From Octopus vulgaris (Eukaryota), in contig OX597815.1 of assembly GCA_951406725.2 (NCBI GenBank), positions 131,378,001-131,442,000 of the forward strand: a stretch of DNA of 64,000 nt, in the 5' to 3' direction. Shown in pieces: positions 23,136 through 36,937 of the stretch; the stretch's first letter is position 1; each line of letters begins with the position of its first letter. The translations under genes were made by a program, and so were the position numbers. The notes beneath the pieces were generated by a model. The model saw only the letters and a program-made list of their open reading frames with translations. It did no database searches and had not been told where the DNA came from.

Positions 23136-23255
23136 ATGCTTACAGCACTTAGGTTTCCATAGCGGTCACCCATCTAAGTACAAACTAGGCTCGATGTTGC
23201 TTAACTTCGGTGATCGGACGAGAACCGGTGCTTTCAACGTGATATGGCCGTAAAC
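23136..23255 (-). rRNA. Full-length 5S rRNA-derived copy (likely retrocopy or SINE head)
   Basis: Minus strand GTTTACGGCCATATCACGTTGAAAGCACCGGTTCTCGTCCGATCACCGAAGTTAAGCAAC...GTACTTAGATGGGTGACCGC...GTGCTGTAAGCAT, 120 nt. The terminal helix is intact and box A and box C are recognisable. It is a solitary copy, not in an array. Confidence 0.9.
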
Positions 23256-23445
23256 CAATATTTGTTGAACTGCGTTTAATAAGTTAAATCCCATACTTTA
23301 TATTTCTATATAAGTTTTCACATCTACACAAATTTAATCTAGTAAATTCAGCAATAAAGTATGAAGGAACAACGTTAGGAAGTCTTTTGAAATTATTCCA
23401 ATAAAAGGACGATCAGACATTCAGTCCTTTGAAAGATATAAATAT

Positions 23446-23490
<45 letters not shown>

Positions 23491-23554
23491 CACACACACA
23501 AATATATATATATGAATGTATTATTAGCTCGATAATATATATTTTAAAAAAATT

Positions 23555-23948
23555 CTTTTATTCCCTTATTTGTTTCAGTCATGTGACCTACGGCCGTGCT
23601 GGATCACCTCCATTAGTCGAAGAAATCGACACCAGGGTTTATTATTTATAAGCCTAGTACTTATTCTATCGGTCTCTTTTACCGAACGGGTAAGTTACAG
23701 GGACTTAAATACACGAACACCGATTGTCAAGAGGTGGTGGGGAGACAAGCTCAGACAGACAGACATATAGGCAGACATACACACACACACATTTATATAT
23801 AGATTCCGTTTACCAAATCCACTCACAAGGCTTTGGTCGACCTGAGGCTATGGTAGGAAACGCTTAGCCAAGGTACCACCCTGTGGGACTTAACCCAGAA
23901 GCATGCGGTTGGGAAGGGAGCAAGCTTCTTACCACACAGCCACTCCTG
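23555..23948 (-). mobile_element. SINE family A
   Basis: Reverse complement of 49787-50190. Confidence 0.85.
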
Positions 23949-25749
23949 TGTGCCTAATATTAATATATATATATATTATGTATATGTATATATAAAGGCA
24001 TAAACGTATTTATACATGTATGTCTATATAAGTACTCACACTGGAGCAAACATTAATTAATTAATTAAAGTGTGTATGATTACTAGCACGCAAGACAAAA
24101 TGTTTAGCGGTATTTCTTCCAGCTGTTTGCTTTCTAAGTTCGGGGCCGGTAAATCAAGAAACAGTCAAGTACTGAGGTCAATGTAATCGCCCAGCCCCTC
24201 CCTACAAAATTTCAGGGTTTGAGTCTTTAGTAGAAAGGATTATTGTCTAGTCGTGAACTAGCTGACATTTATGAATTCTATTTATCTTCGTTTTTATCTC
24301 AACATAAAGTTTTAATCATGTTTCCGCGTGTATGTACGTGATGCATTATCTATCTGCCTGCCTGCCTGCCTGTCTGTCTATCTATCTATTAGTAATGTGA
24401 TATGAACTGATATCACCGATACTGCATCCCAGCAGTCCTGGATTTCCATATTAACTTTGCTAGAAAACACAAAGATGTACTTTCATAGCGAGCACAGTTT
24501 GAAAACCGACTGAGTGTCGAAACCAAAATGACTGTTCGTCAGAAACACATATTAGCCATTGGCTATTAACTCGCTTAAAATTTATTGTTAGTAATATTAT
24601 GTCGAAGCTTTTGTTGCTCAAATATTTCGACACCATATTGTAAGCGAGTGAATTTGACAGTGTTTGCGTGTTTCTGTATGATTAACACATGCTTTTCACA
24701 TTGCAATTATTTACTAAAAATGTCCATATACAAACTTCTGTGTCTGCTTATATATATATATATATTCCAATCTCTTTGCTCTTTTATTTTCTTATTTCTT
24801 TCCACCAGAAGAAAACAGTTCATCCTTCGTTAGATCCATCACATCATATCCTTTCATTCTCTCCTCAGTTCAAGCATTCATCTTTAAGCATCATAGTGTA
24901 ACATAAATCTTTACTTTTGCGGTTAATCTCCAACTACGAGTTGGAAACAACTTTGTGTCTCATGTAACGTTTTCATTGCAACATAAACTGACTGGAATCG
25001 TTGACTAATCCACATTTCTGGCTAATGTATTTTGTTTCAGGGCGTATTAATTATGTATGTATGTATATATATACTTATGTATGTATATATATACTTATGT
25101 ATGTATATATATATATATGATTAATTTATGAAATATATTTCTACAGATTCAATCATATTTGTCAAAAATAGTCGAGATAAGATGTTAAAAAGTTGTAAGA
25201 CGTTTATTCATGCAAACAGTTGTTTCGTACATAGATATAAATCCATATTTGAATTTGGAAATTATCACAGTACTCATCAGTGCAGAGGGAAAATAATAAT
25301 AGGAACTTTAAAAAAACGATCAGAGAAGTTGGATCATGAGTTTCATGTTTATTTCTTCCTATCTATGTGTGATAGAGATGTGAGTCATGTCAAATACTAA
25401 ACCACAACTAAGTTAGTTACATCGATCCCAGTGCTCAACTAATACTTATTTTATAAACTCTGAAAGGATGAAAGGCCAAGTCGACCCCCAGCAGGAGATG
25501 AACTCAGAACATAAGGACGAATGAAATGCCGTTAAGCATTTTGCCCTGTCTGCTAACGATTCTGCCAGCTCGCCTTTCTATATATGTATCTATTAAAAAT
25601 ATGTTACTCAGACATACATGAATATTTAATCAATAACTACGGATCCGACATGATATTGTGTCAACAACGATGACCTGGGCCGAACCGATATAAATTTTGT
25701 CAGACTTACGTTTGTAGATTAAATAGCTTGACTCTCAGACTTTGAGTCA

Positions 25750-25810
<61 letters not shown>

Positions 25811-26321
25811 CAAAGTAGAATTGTAAGGTACCGCACTAGTGGAATTATATATGAAAGAAGGTTTGAAAATGCAATTTTAAAAGATGTTTATTTACTTGAC
25901 CGGTTTCACTTTTTTAGAAAAGATTGTCAAAAGTAGCATGTAAAAGCTTTGTTGTGTTAGGTACTGGTTGTCACAAAATATTACACTACATATATACATT
26001 TTTTGATAATAATAATAACATGTTAAAAACAGTTTACAAGGGAAAATATAAAAAAAGTTTAACAAGTTCATTAAAATATTGGGCACAAAAGATTACAATA
26101 TATATATACATTCTTAAGAAAATGTTAAAAACAGTTTACAGAAAGAATTATTAAAAAGTTCAGAGGAATATTGGTATTGTATCTGTATATATATACACAG
26201 AAAATTATAAGTTCAAAAAGGTTACATTTTAGTAGTATAGTTTTAACTTACCTGATTCACCATATTATCTTAAGAGACTATTTTCTATTTTCTATTTCAA
26301 GGGACAGTGTAGGTGTGTTTT

Positions 26322-26362
<41 letters not shown>

Positions 26363-27149
26363 CCTTATCAGAATAAGTTTCAATCCTACAACACAATGAA
26401 ATACTTATCGCAAAACTCATATTTTTGAATTAACTATCAGCGTAGTTTGCAATAACGACAAACACATATAATTCATAGATATGTAACTTCTAACAATCAC
26501 ATAGAAATACATCAACACCCCTATTCACGCATATATATGTTTTTTTATAGGATAATTCAGTACGAATATACATATACTACCGCCTCAGGTATACCAGATC
26601 TGTTAGTTTTCTTTCTTTGCAACTTGTTGAAAAGCTAAAAGCTAAATTGTAACAGAACAAAAAAAATAAAAAAACAACTATATGACTTCTAGAACAAATT
26701 TTACAGCCAATAATTGTGCTGAAAATAGTTTCGACTTGGTAATATTTTATTAACATTTTCAAATATTTGATATCTAATATATGACGCTGCTGGAAGAATG
26801 TATCAAGTTTAATCTGTTGTGATTACTTGATAACCTCAAAATGAATGAAATGAACAAGACAGTTAAAGTAGATAAACATTTGTTTACATTATTTTCCTGC
26901 TGAATTTTCTATTGCACCTTGGTCACATGCTGAGATATATCATGCTTTTGCTTTTTAGACGGTGGCCATCCTGGAGCGTTTTAGTCGAATGAATAGACCT
27001 CGCTACTAATCTTTTTTTGCAAAACCTTGTACTTGCCGAACTGCTAAGTTGCGGGGACGCAAATTCACCAATACCGGTTGTGAAGCAGTGATAAGGGCCA
27101 AACACAAGCATTCACCCAAATTGACATACTTTCTCACACACACATAAAC

Positions 27150-30100
27150 ACAAGAAATCTTCAAAGAAGAAAAAAGGTATGACTAATTAAAAAAATTTAT
27201 CCCTTGCCGAACTCGAAAAGTATAGTAATTATATTCTGCCGAAGAAACCAGGTGACATCTATTTCGATGAAACAATAAATTTTTCACCTAAAATTTTCAG
27301 TGAAAGAATTCTTTGTTCAATATTTGATGGCAATGTTTAAATTTGGTCAAAAAAGATGACGAAAATTTCGTCACCTATGCCGGTGTAATTAACAAATCGG
27401 GCGAAAAATTCAAGTTAAATGAATTAACCCCCGGACATGGTCAAATGTCTATTTTTGTTTAAGAGCTAACTGCAAGCAAATTTGCAGCTATAGGTTTCTG
27501 CATATTAAAAAAATTAGAACACGACAAAAAATTAACTCTACTTTTAGTAGCAGAAGAATGCCAGAGGTTTGTAAATCTAAGAGATGGCGCAGATGAAATT
27601 GAAGAAAACAATTACTCTCATATTCACGCGTGTCGACCTGTAACGGATAAGAAAAAGCGAAAAAATGTTAAGGTCAAATCCGTGTTATGTACGCAGTGGT
27701 CTACATTTCAAATGCAACTGTCCATTAAAATTTATGAAATGCTTTAAATGTGGTAAGATAGGTCATAAAATAATTACACTGTAAAGCAAAATCTGAAAAA
27801 ACGGTTCAACAGAAAAAAATCACGTAAACAGGTAATCGGTGACAAGAAATAGGAACAAGCCTCAAAGGAAATTTGTGTGTGTAAAAATTAATAACACAAG
27901 CGTAAAGTTACATTTGGATACGGGCAGTGATAAACTCAATTTTTAACACAGATACATAGAAAAATAATCGGCTGACCGAAATTAAAAGGAACTTCGAAAT
28001 TTGCATGTGGTGCTTCAGGAAAAAAATTATATTTTAAGGGCGAAATGTTAAGTTACGTTACATTTCGCGAAAAACGTTAATAATCAAAGATTTTGTGTTG
28101 AACAATAAGACAAATTTATTTCAAACAGACTGGATGGAATCTTTTCTGTAAAAATGTGAATGGTTTTTCCGCCGGTAAAATAAGTCGTCGGACGAATTTT
28201 CAGAAAAATCTCAAAAAACTTTTCCTGAAGTTTTGTCTGATGATTAGGTCTGTGTATCAAAACAAAGGTAAAGTTTCAAGTAAAAGAAAATGCTATACCG
28301 GTATTTAAACCGAAACGAAGGTAGCTTTTGAAGTGTTAGAACAGGTAATCTTAGAGTTAAAGAGACTAGATGAATTGGAGTCATCCAAATAGTGGAATAA
28401 AGTCAATGGGCATCACTAACTCTGTACGTTAAGAAAAAGACTAATAAAATAAGAATGTCTGCTCATTCTCCCACTGGTTTTAATGAATGTCTTAAAACGT
28501 TTCACTATCCGCTACCTACTCCGGACGACACATATTCGAATTTAAATAGTGGCAAGATATTTTCTAAATTGGACCATTCTAACGTGTACCTTCAAATTAG
28601 ATTAGATGATAAATGCTCTAAATGCCTAACAATTAACGTACATAAGACTTCATAAATACAACGGTTTACCATTTGACCTGAAAGTCGCACCGGCGATTTT
28701 TTAATAGATTATGGATGCAATGTTTGCGGACTATGAATTCGCAATTCCATATCTGGATGATATACTCATAAAAAGCAAATGCCGGGACCAACATGTAGAG
28801 CTCATAAAATATCTGCTCGAAAAAATTAGGGATTATGGCTTTACTTTCAGTGAAAAAATGTATGAATTTTTCTTGCCGAAAATAAAATATTTAGGATAAA
28901 CCATTGACAGAAATGGGCGTCGACCAGAACCGTCGAGGGCAGAGGCAATTAAAAATATGCGCTCCCTTGTCTAATATAGCGACTTTACCAGCTTCTTGGG
29001 ACTGACAAATTATTACCAAAATTGTATTCCAAATGTGCATTAGGTAAGGGTTCCACAAAACAATCTGCTAAAAATGTAAAGTGAAATTGGTTTGAAAATA
29101 GTCAGAAGGCGTTCGATGAAACTAAAAAAGATACTAACATCTGATTTGTCGCTAGCATACTTCGATCCTGCAGCGGAGATTTTTGCAGCTTTAGGTGCCT
29201 CTGAGTACGGTAAAGCTACATAAATATAAAGATGGTAACATGAAAGCGGTGTTTCATGCCTCACGTTCTCTGGTATCAGCAGAAAAAATGACAGCCAAGC
29301 TGAAAAAGGGGCTCTAGCGATTATTTTTGAAAGTGCTTTGAACAGCATAAGTGTAAAAAGCCGACATCTGTGGTTACAGTAAGTTTTTTTTACACGTATT
29401 GTTCGCCTGATATGGTATTCCTGATACCATTGCATCTGACAATGGAACTCAGTTTACTTCAGACGATTTCAGAAAATTTTGTAAAATGCTGGTTATCGAA
29501 TATCTGATCGCTCCGCCGTATCATCCTAGGTCAAATAGACAAGCGAAGCCTTTTGTTGACACTTTCAAGAAGGGTGTTAAAAAAGGTGAACACTGAAGAA
29601 ATGGACAACCTTGCACTTCAAGAATTTACAAGTGAATACCGAGTAACACCTAATATGAATACTCAGTCAGGAATGTCATCCGCAGATTTGATGTTTACTA
29701 GGAAGATCAGATCTGTTTTTAACAAGTTGATACCGAGTGAAAATAGGAAAAAAGCTGAACAACAGAAATACTTCAGAATTTTTCAAATTAGGTGACAAAG
29801 TGTTTTTTTTTTTAAACCTATACAATTTACGGTTGTGAAAAGAAAAAAAGAACCACCAAAAATCCCCAAGGAGAAAAAAAAGGAAGATAAATGAAGAGGA
29901 GAATAAGAAAGAAAAGAGAAGAAATGGAAACTCAAATGAAAAATTAAGTGAAATGCGAACACACAAACCGTCGCCTTCAACTGGAAAATAAAAAGGAGTG
30001 CGAAAGAGGGAAGGAAACGAAAGAGACAGTGAATTAGAGATACTTATGACGGACGAAGAGAGTGGTGAAGGATATCGGAGAACGATACCTACAGGGAGAA

Positions 30101-30440
30101 ACTTAAGAAACCTCATAGTATATGCAAAAAGCGTCGAAATTGAAAAGAGAGTAACAAAAATGAAAAATGTTATCAGAGTGAAAATGGCAAACCGTGAAGT
30201 TAAGAAGGGCGTGTTGTTGGAGAGAGAAAGAGGGGAGAGGTTAGTAGAACTACTTGGGGAAAAAAAAAGAGTTGAAATAACAGCATTTCAATATAGATAC
30301 GACGAGCTGCCGCTTGTAATTAAAAGAAAACACAGTAAACTGAAACTACTTGCTTTGGGGTGCAAATAAGCCATTTCATCCTCATATTCATCATATTTAT
30401 AATTCATCCGATACATATTTATATGTACCCCATTGTCTTG
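27150..30440 (+). mobile_element. Decayed Ty3/Gypsy LTR retrotransposon (gag-PR-RT-RH-IN, probable 3' LTR at ~29830-30440)
   Basis: Zinc-knuckle-like CFKCGKIGH (~27740), protease LDTGSD (~27915), RT YPLP..FSKLD and PYLDDILI (28455-28899), and integrase PDTIASDNGTQFTS..PPYHPRSN (~29420-29540). There are many stops and frameshifts. Integrase after RT/RH is the Gypsy order. Confidence 0.9.
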
Positions 30441-30950
30441 CTTTGTCTGTTCTTGTGGTGTCCCCTATTTATAAAGGCCATGTGCCTAAACAAAAGAAAT
30501 ATATCAGTTCACAGTGAACCGTTGGCAGAGAGCATTTAACCTCGTGTAACAGTACTAGTAGCGCGTCGTGTGAATACTTTTTTTTCCCGTGCTTCGTTAA
30601 ATTATATATCCAACACCAGGATGTATATATATAAAAAAGTAGGTCTGAAAAGAATTATTTTGGATGTTTTGCTTGAATATAGGTAAAACGAAAAAAGATT
30701 AAAAACTAGAGTAATTTTTGTATCTGTTGAAAAAGTCTTTCCTAAAATGGATTCATGAATTGGAAGGAATTACTATCCTCGATTCCAATCCTCAAATTAT
30801 TTTTGAATCGCTTATATATTGAGGCACTAAGAATACAGTATAGCCTAGAAGAAATTCAAAATGGATCAATATGAGAAGTTTGCTTGCTTTGTTAATGACG
30901 TGTCACTCCTTCCCTACTCTCTGTCTTCCCCTGTAGCGCAGAGTTCCTGA

Positions 30951-31276
30951 GTGAAGGCGTCTGGCTTAGTGGTTAGGGTATTCGGCTCCCGATCGCATAT
31001 TCGTGAGTTTAATTCTTCCCGGCGGCACGTTATGTCCTTGAGCATGACACTTTATTACACGTTGCTCCGGTCTACTCAGCCGGCAAAAATTAGTTTTACC
31101 TGTATTTGAAATTGCCAGCCATATCGCATTATGTGTCACATTGAATCTCCATGAAAACTACATTAAGGGTACGCGTGCCTGTGTAGAGCTCATCCACTTG
31201 CACTTTAGTCTCACGCGCAGGCTATTCCGTTGATGGGTATCAACTGAAACACTCATCTTTTTAACCGATGGAGTAC
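30951..31276 (+). mobile_element. Full-length tRNA-derived SINE family C with 12-bp TSD
   Basis: A-box TGGCTTAGTGG and a CORE-like TGTCCTTGAGCA..ACACTT motif. Flanked by CAGAGTTCCTGA at 30939-30950 and 31277-31288. Confidence 0.9.
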
Positions 31277-31494
31277 CAGAGTTCCTGAATGTGCTCGGTA
31301 ATTTTAATAAGGCTGTGTGGCCTTATGAAAGAGGAACAGTGGAATTGAATTGCAGGATAAATAGAACCTTAGTATAACATATAGTGTAGTATTTAGCCAT
31401 GTTTCTTTATAGTCTGAATATTGACCCTGTCGTGGACGAGTTATCTTTTCCTTGATATCGGATTGATCGGTGAAATAGGTACCTGCCAAATGCT

Positions 31495-32930
31495 GAGATA
31501 TTTCTTTACTACCCACAAGGGGCTAAACATAGAGGGGGACAAACAAAGACAGACAAAGGGATTAAGTCGATTACATCGACCCCAGTGCGAAACTGGTACT
31601 TAATTTATCTGAGCTTGATATAATCGGCCATACACCACTTCTCATTTACGGGAAGTACGATTCAATTGGAAAGTACCACTATAATCACAGGGCGGCGAGC
31701 TGGCAGAATCGTTAGATCTGTTCGTCTTTACGTTCTGAGATCAAATTCCGCAGAGGTCGACTTTGCCTTTAATCCTTTCAGGGTCGATAAATTAAATACC
31801 AGTGTAACATTGGGGTCGATATAATCGTCCAGTCCCCTCCCCCAAATTTCAGGCCTTGTGCCCATAGTAGAAAAGATTATTATTATTATTGAAAATCACA
31901 AGGCAGAATCGTCAGCACGCTGGACGAAGTGCTTAGTGGTATTTCGTCCATCGCTACGTTCTGAGTTCAAATTCCGCAGAGGCCGACCTTGCCTTTCCTC
32001 ATTTCGGGGTCGATAAATCAAGTACCAGTTGAATACTAGTAGGGGGGGTGTTCAGTGTGATCGACTTATCCCCGTCTCCTCCAAACTGCCTTTGTGGCAA
32101 AAATTTGAGATAATTATTATTACTGCCAATCACAAGACGGTGAGCTGGCAGAATCGTTAGCATACCGGGCGAAATGATGAGCGGTATTTGGTCGACTTTA
32201 CGTTCTGAGTTCAAATTCTGGTCGACTTTGCCTTTCATCTTTTCTGAGTCGATAAATTATGTATCAGTGAAAGGCTGCGATCAATATATTCGACTAGTCC
32301 TCCCCCACCCAAAAAATTTCAGGCCGTGTGAGTTTAGTAGAAAGGATTATTACAGTCAATTACAAGGCGGTGAGATGACAGAGTCGTTAGCACGCTGGGA
32401 AAAGTGTTGAGCGGCATTTCGTCTGTCTTTAAGATCTAAGTTCAATTTCTGCTGAGGTTGGCTTTGCTTTTCATTCTTTCGGCTCGATAAAATGAGTAGC
32501 AGTTGATCACTGCGAACGGTGTCATCATCTAGCTCCACCCGGCCAAATTTCAGGCGGCGATCCGGCAGAGTATGCTACATGGTATTTCTTTCCTCAATTT
32601 ACATTCTGAGTACAACTTCCACCGAGGTTTATTTCGCCTTTTATACTGTGGAGCTCGAATAAATAAGTTTCTTCTATTCATCACCATCTATTATTATTTA
32701 TTTCTTTACTACCCACAAGGGATTAAACGCAGAGGGGACAAACAAGGACAGACAAATGGATTAAGTCGATTACATCGACCCCAGTGCGTAACTGGTACTT
32801 AATTTATCGACCCCGAAAGGATGAAAGGGAAAGTCGACCTCGGCGGAATTTGAACTCGTAACGTGACGACAGACGAAATACGGCTACGCATTTCGCCCGG
32901 CCTGCTACCGTTTCTGCCAACTCGCCGCAT
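31495..32930. mobile_element. Cluster of ~7 family B SINEs (5 head-to-tail plus-strand copies bracketed by 2 minus-strand copies)
   Basis: Plus-strand heads at ~31690, 31900, 32136, 32365 and 32555. Minus-strand copies at 31495-31610 and 32700-32930. Confidence 0.85.
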
Positions 32931-34789
32931 TTACCATAAATTATTATTGTTTTTCAATCAGACACGCTTCACTGTTGTTTATGATTGATCTGGTTTGAGA
33001 TTTGCTGTTATTCTGCAGTTCTGTATTTATTTGCGTTTCTGTGGGGGCTCTTCATAAGCATTTAAGCTGGTAGTTTTTTTTGTGTATACTCCCTCTATAT
33101 TTATTTTGTTCCATCCCGGTGGTTATTCCTTTCATGGTTGGTTCCCTACTGTTTTTAGTTTTGTTTTGAGTTCTCATTCAGTGTAAATGTGATCGTCTCT
33201 ACTTTGTTGTAACATTTCATCTGTCCAGAATTATCAGTTTTGTATAGTAGTCTCTCTTGTGATTTCATTTGCTTCAACAGAATATTTATTTACGTGTCAT
33301 TAGATACTGTTATATATTTCCAATGTGTATTCTGTCAATAAGTTTAAGTATTTTAATCTTGAGATCATACCATTTCACTCCACCTCTCATCTTTCTACAA
33401 ATTATTTAACAGTCGCTATGGTGTCTTATGCTACGTTTTTCTTCACTTCTTATTCTTCATTGCTTAAGTCTCTATTATTATTCTTGTAAGTTTGGGGTGT
33501 AATGTTGCTGCGTTGTATGCACGTAACAATTCGACAGAATTTTCATTCGTACTTCGTTATCTTTTAATTTTGTTTTTATATAGGAGATTTATATTGAGAT
33601 AGTGACTTTCTGTTTACTGATAACTTTTTGAAAAAAGCTACGTCTTACTGTTTTACACCGAAATGTCGGCATATTGCCCAATGAACATAGATACCATATA
33701 TACTCAAAAATATTTTCAACTGAAAATAATGTGGTCAGTCATCCTATTTATACTTACTATTAGTATATTAGTTTTTGCTATTTTTTAAAGTTTATTTATG
33801 GCAAGGCATTTGTCCTGCTGCAGTTAAAACCTTACTCATTTTAGCGTTTAGCTCAAAGCTTTCGAGCCATTGGCTGGTTTTTCTGTTTAGTTTCATTTCT
33901 CTCTGTTGCGTTTTGTCTGATATTAAAAGAGTTTTCTGCCCAGTAAAAAAGATTATACTTAAGAAAAGGGTATAAATTTCCGTTTGTCCTTACTTTTTGC
34001 TATATCGATTTTTAATGAAGTCTAATCCTATGTTGGATTCCTGTAACCAGTATGTATAGAAAAAAAGAGCTGTCCTAATTTATTAAATGCGGCACCATTT
34101 ATTCATTTATTATTCCATTGCTAATACAATTTATGATATCATTAGTGTGTTCATTTCTACTGTTCTTACGGAATTAGTAAACTGCGCATTATGCTGCCCG
34201 AAAACATTAACCCTATGACTATAACGACTAATTTACCTTTAAGCATAAAAACGGTTGGCATGACAAAAGAAGGGTTGGAAATGCTACAACAACTACAGTA
34301 TAGTATAACAGCTTGGAAATGTTATAATTACTAGCATCATGTTGTTCAAACGTAAAGAATCGTTAGATATAGAACAAACCTTTAATTTTATTGTATTCTC
34401 AAAGAAGTGTGGTATTTGAAGTGACAAATATTATTGGGTATGCCCATCACAGGGTTAAAAATTGAACGATTCTCTCAATACCTATATGAATGTGTACGCA
34501 TGTGTGTAGATGTGTGTGAGATGTATATAAATGTATTCAGGCTAAGCAGTCTTGATGTGCTGGGTTCGATTAGACTCCAGTGCTTGGTATCTTGGGCTAT
34601 TGTCGTTTTTGTGAGATCTGGATCAAATCAAGCTTGGCGAACGTAAACTGGGCAGACAAAAATTGTGTGAAAGCATCTGCATTGAAAAGGTTTCATCTCA
34701 CAGCTTCTCACAGGTTGATATGTCGTTGTCTACGGAATACTCGGTCATGCATTTATAATACAATGAGCAGTCAGTTCTGTTCTGTTATC

Positions 34790-35107
34790 TTTTACTTGTT
34801 TCAGTCTTTCGAATGTGGTTGTGTTGAGGCACAGCCTTGAAGAATTTTAGTTGAACGAATCGGCACCAGGACTTATGTTTTGATATTTATTCTGTCGGTT
34901 TCTTTTGCCGGTCAGCTAAGTTACGAGGGCATAAACACAGGAACACCTGTTTCAAGTGGTGGTGGGGAGTAAACACAGTCACACAACACAGACGCACACA
35001 GAGACACACACACACTCTCTCTTTCTCTCTGTCTGTCCGTCTCTCTCTGACGCACACACACACGCACGCACATACACACACACACACACACATACACACA
35101 CACACAT

Positions 35108-35142
<35 letters not shown>

Positions 35143-35290
35143 CGACAGGATACTTTCAGTTTCTGTCGACCAAATCTACTCACTGTACTTTGGTCGGCCC
35201 GAAGCTATATAGTGGAAAACATTGCTCAAGGTACAACCTTCAGAAGGACTGAACCCGGAAGCAGACTTCTTACCACAATGCTACACCTGT
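34790..35290 (-). mobile_element. SINE family A with expanded internal (CA)n
   Basis: Both family A halves flank a microsatellite. Confidence 0.75.
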
Positions 35291-36127
35291 TAGTATTCCA
35301 ATTGTTCGAATAACTAGAATACTTATTGTCCAAATCGACCGAAGATCCACTTTATGTTTGGTCGGTAATGGCAGAAATGGTTACAGCTTATATAAGCCCG
35401 AGAAGAAGAATTTGGGAGAGGCTACTAACTCTTGGTGGTCAGAGGGTTCTCGAATCACCGTGATTCCTTAATTGGATCCAGTTGGAAGTCCGCTTATATT
35501 AGAAGAACTGTATCATCAATGTAGTCGTGTCTTTATATTCTCCGTAGACGTTTTATATAATTTCCTTCCTTATTCTTCCTCTTCCACCTTAATCTACCTT
35601 TCTAATACTCTCCTCATCATATACACCTGTTGCAAATACAGAAATCCCCCTCCTTTTCCTCCTTCTCCCCATCATCCTCAGCACCACCACAACAACAACA
35701 ACCACCAACACTTACGTCAATTAGTCTACAAGTATTTTTTCTCTATCTTCAGTGACTATGTCTGGTCGATTAGCCTGGATCGCTCTCTCGGTGTTGACTG
35801 GAGAATCCCAGAGGAGAGTGGCAATTTTTACCTTGAAGGACTGGCTCAGGATGATGTTCTGGAAGCAGGAGTGCTGATTTAGTTGTGTTTAATATGTAAA
35901 TATTGTCCTGCATATCGTGGCGATATTTGTATTCGCTTGGTGTCAGCCCAATTATTATTATTAATATTATTATTGAATAAGAGATAAGGGCGTGCCATCA
36001 AGTGACAATGGGGTACAAGTATACAAAGCCCAGTATAGCCATCATGACTAATCCTCTAATAAGGGTACACCAGGCACATATATCACAATCACATTGTTAC
36101 TATTATTATTATTATTATTATTATTAT

Positions 36128-36730
36128 GAAAGACTCTGGGATAGTTCTTAATTACCGGTTATTCCTTATTTGAAAGCAGGCAACAACAAATCACCAAAGG
36201 TTTCAAGTAGTGTCTTCTCCTGTGACTCAAAGAGACAATACTCTCCTTAGAATGCGCGCTGTACACAACAATGCTGTCTTCTGGATCACTTCGAGTCTGA
36301 CAGCAGCTCCAATATTCTTAATATGTTTTTCAAACGCCTTGGAAACCGCTCCTAATGCAGCAACTACAACCGGTATTCTCATTACTTTCCCCATGTTCCA
36401 TAACTTTTTTATCTCGTCCCATAGTGGCTGGTATTTCTCACTCTTTCCTGTTTCCTTATATTTCGCTCTCGAATCGCTTGGTGTTACAACATTTATCATC
36501 TTTGTTTGTTTTTCATCTTTATGAATGATCACGATATCTGGCTGTCTCGCTTCTATGACTTGGTCGCACTGTATGTTAAAATCTCAGAGTATTCTGTAGT
36601 GGTCGTTTTCTATTGTATCCCACAGGATTTTGCAATTCTCGTTTTCCCTAACTCCTTCTGGGGTTTGCTGATACCGCATTTTTTCTCACTGTAGGCTAAT
36701 GGATCATTCTTGCCACATTGTCATGGCGTC
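36128..36730 (-). mobile_element. R4/Dong-like RLE LINE 3' fragment in (TAA)n
   Basis: ORF 36227-36532 ...KYQPLWDEIKKLWNM..IPVVVAALGAV...IQKTALLCTARILRRVL, with (TTA)n on both sides. Confidence 0.85.
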
Positions 36731-36800
<70 letters not shown>

Positions 36801-36818
36801 CATTACTATTTCTATTAC

Positions 36819-36851
<33 letters not shown>

Positions 36852-36869
36852 CATTACTATTTCTATTAC

Positions 36870-36937
<68 letters not shown>

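Noticed and set aside
31495-32930. CRISPR-like or satellite array
   Set aside because: The units are diverged ~200-bp SINE copies in a eukaryotic context.
33100-34150. Very old minus-strand LINE-like sequence (also 56350-56980)
   Set aside because: Too degenerate to assign motifs by eye.
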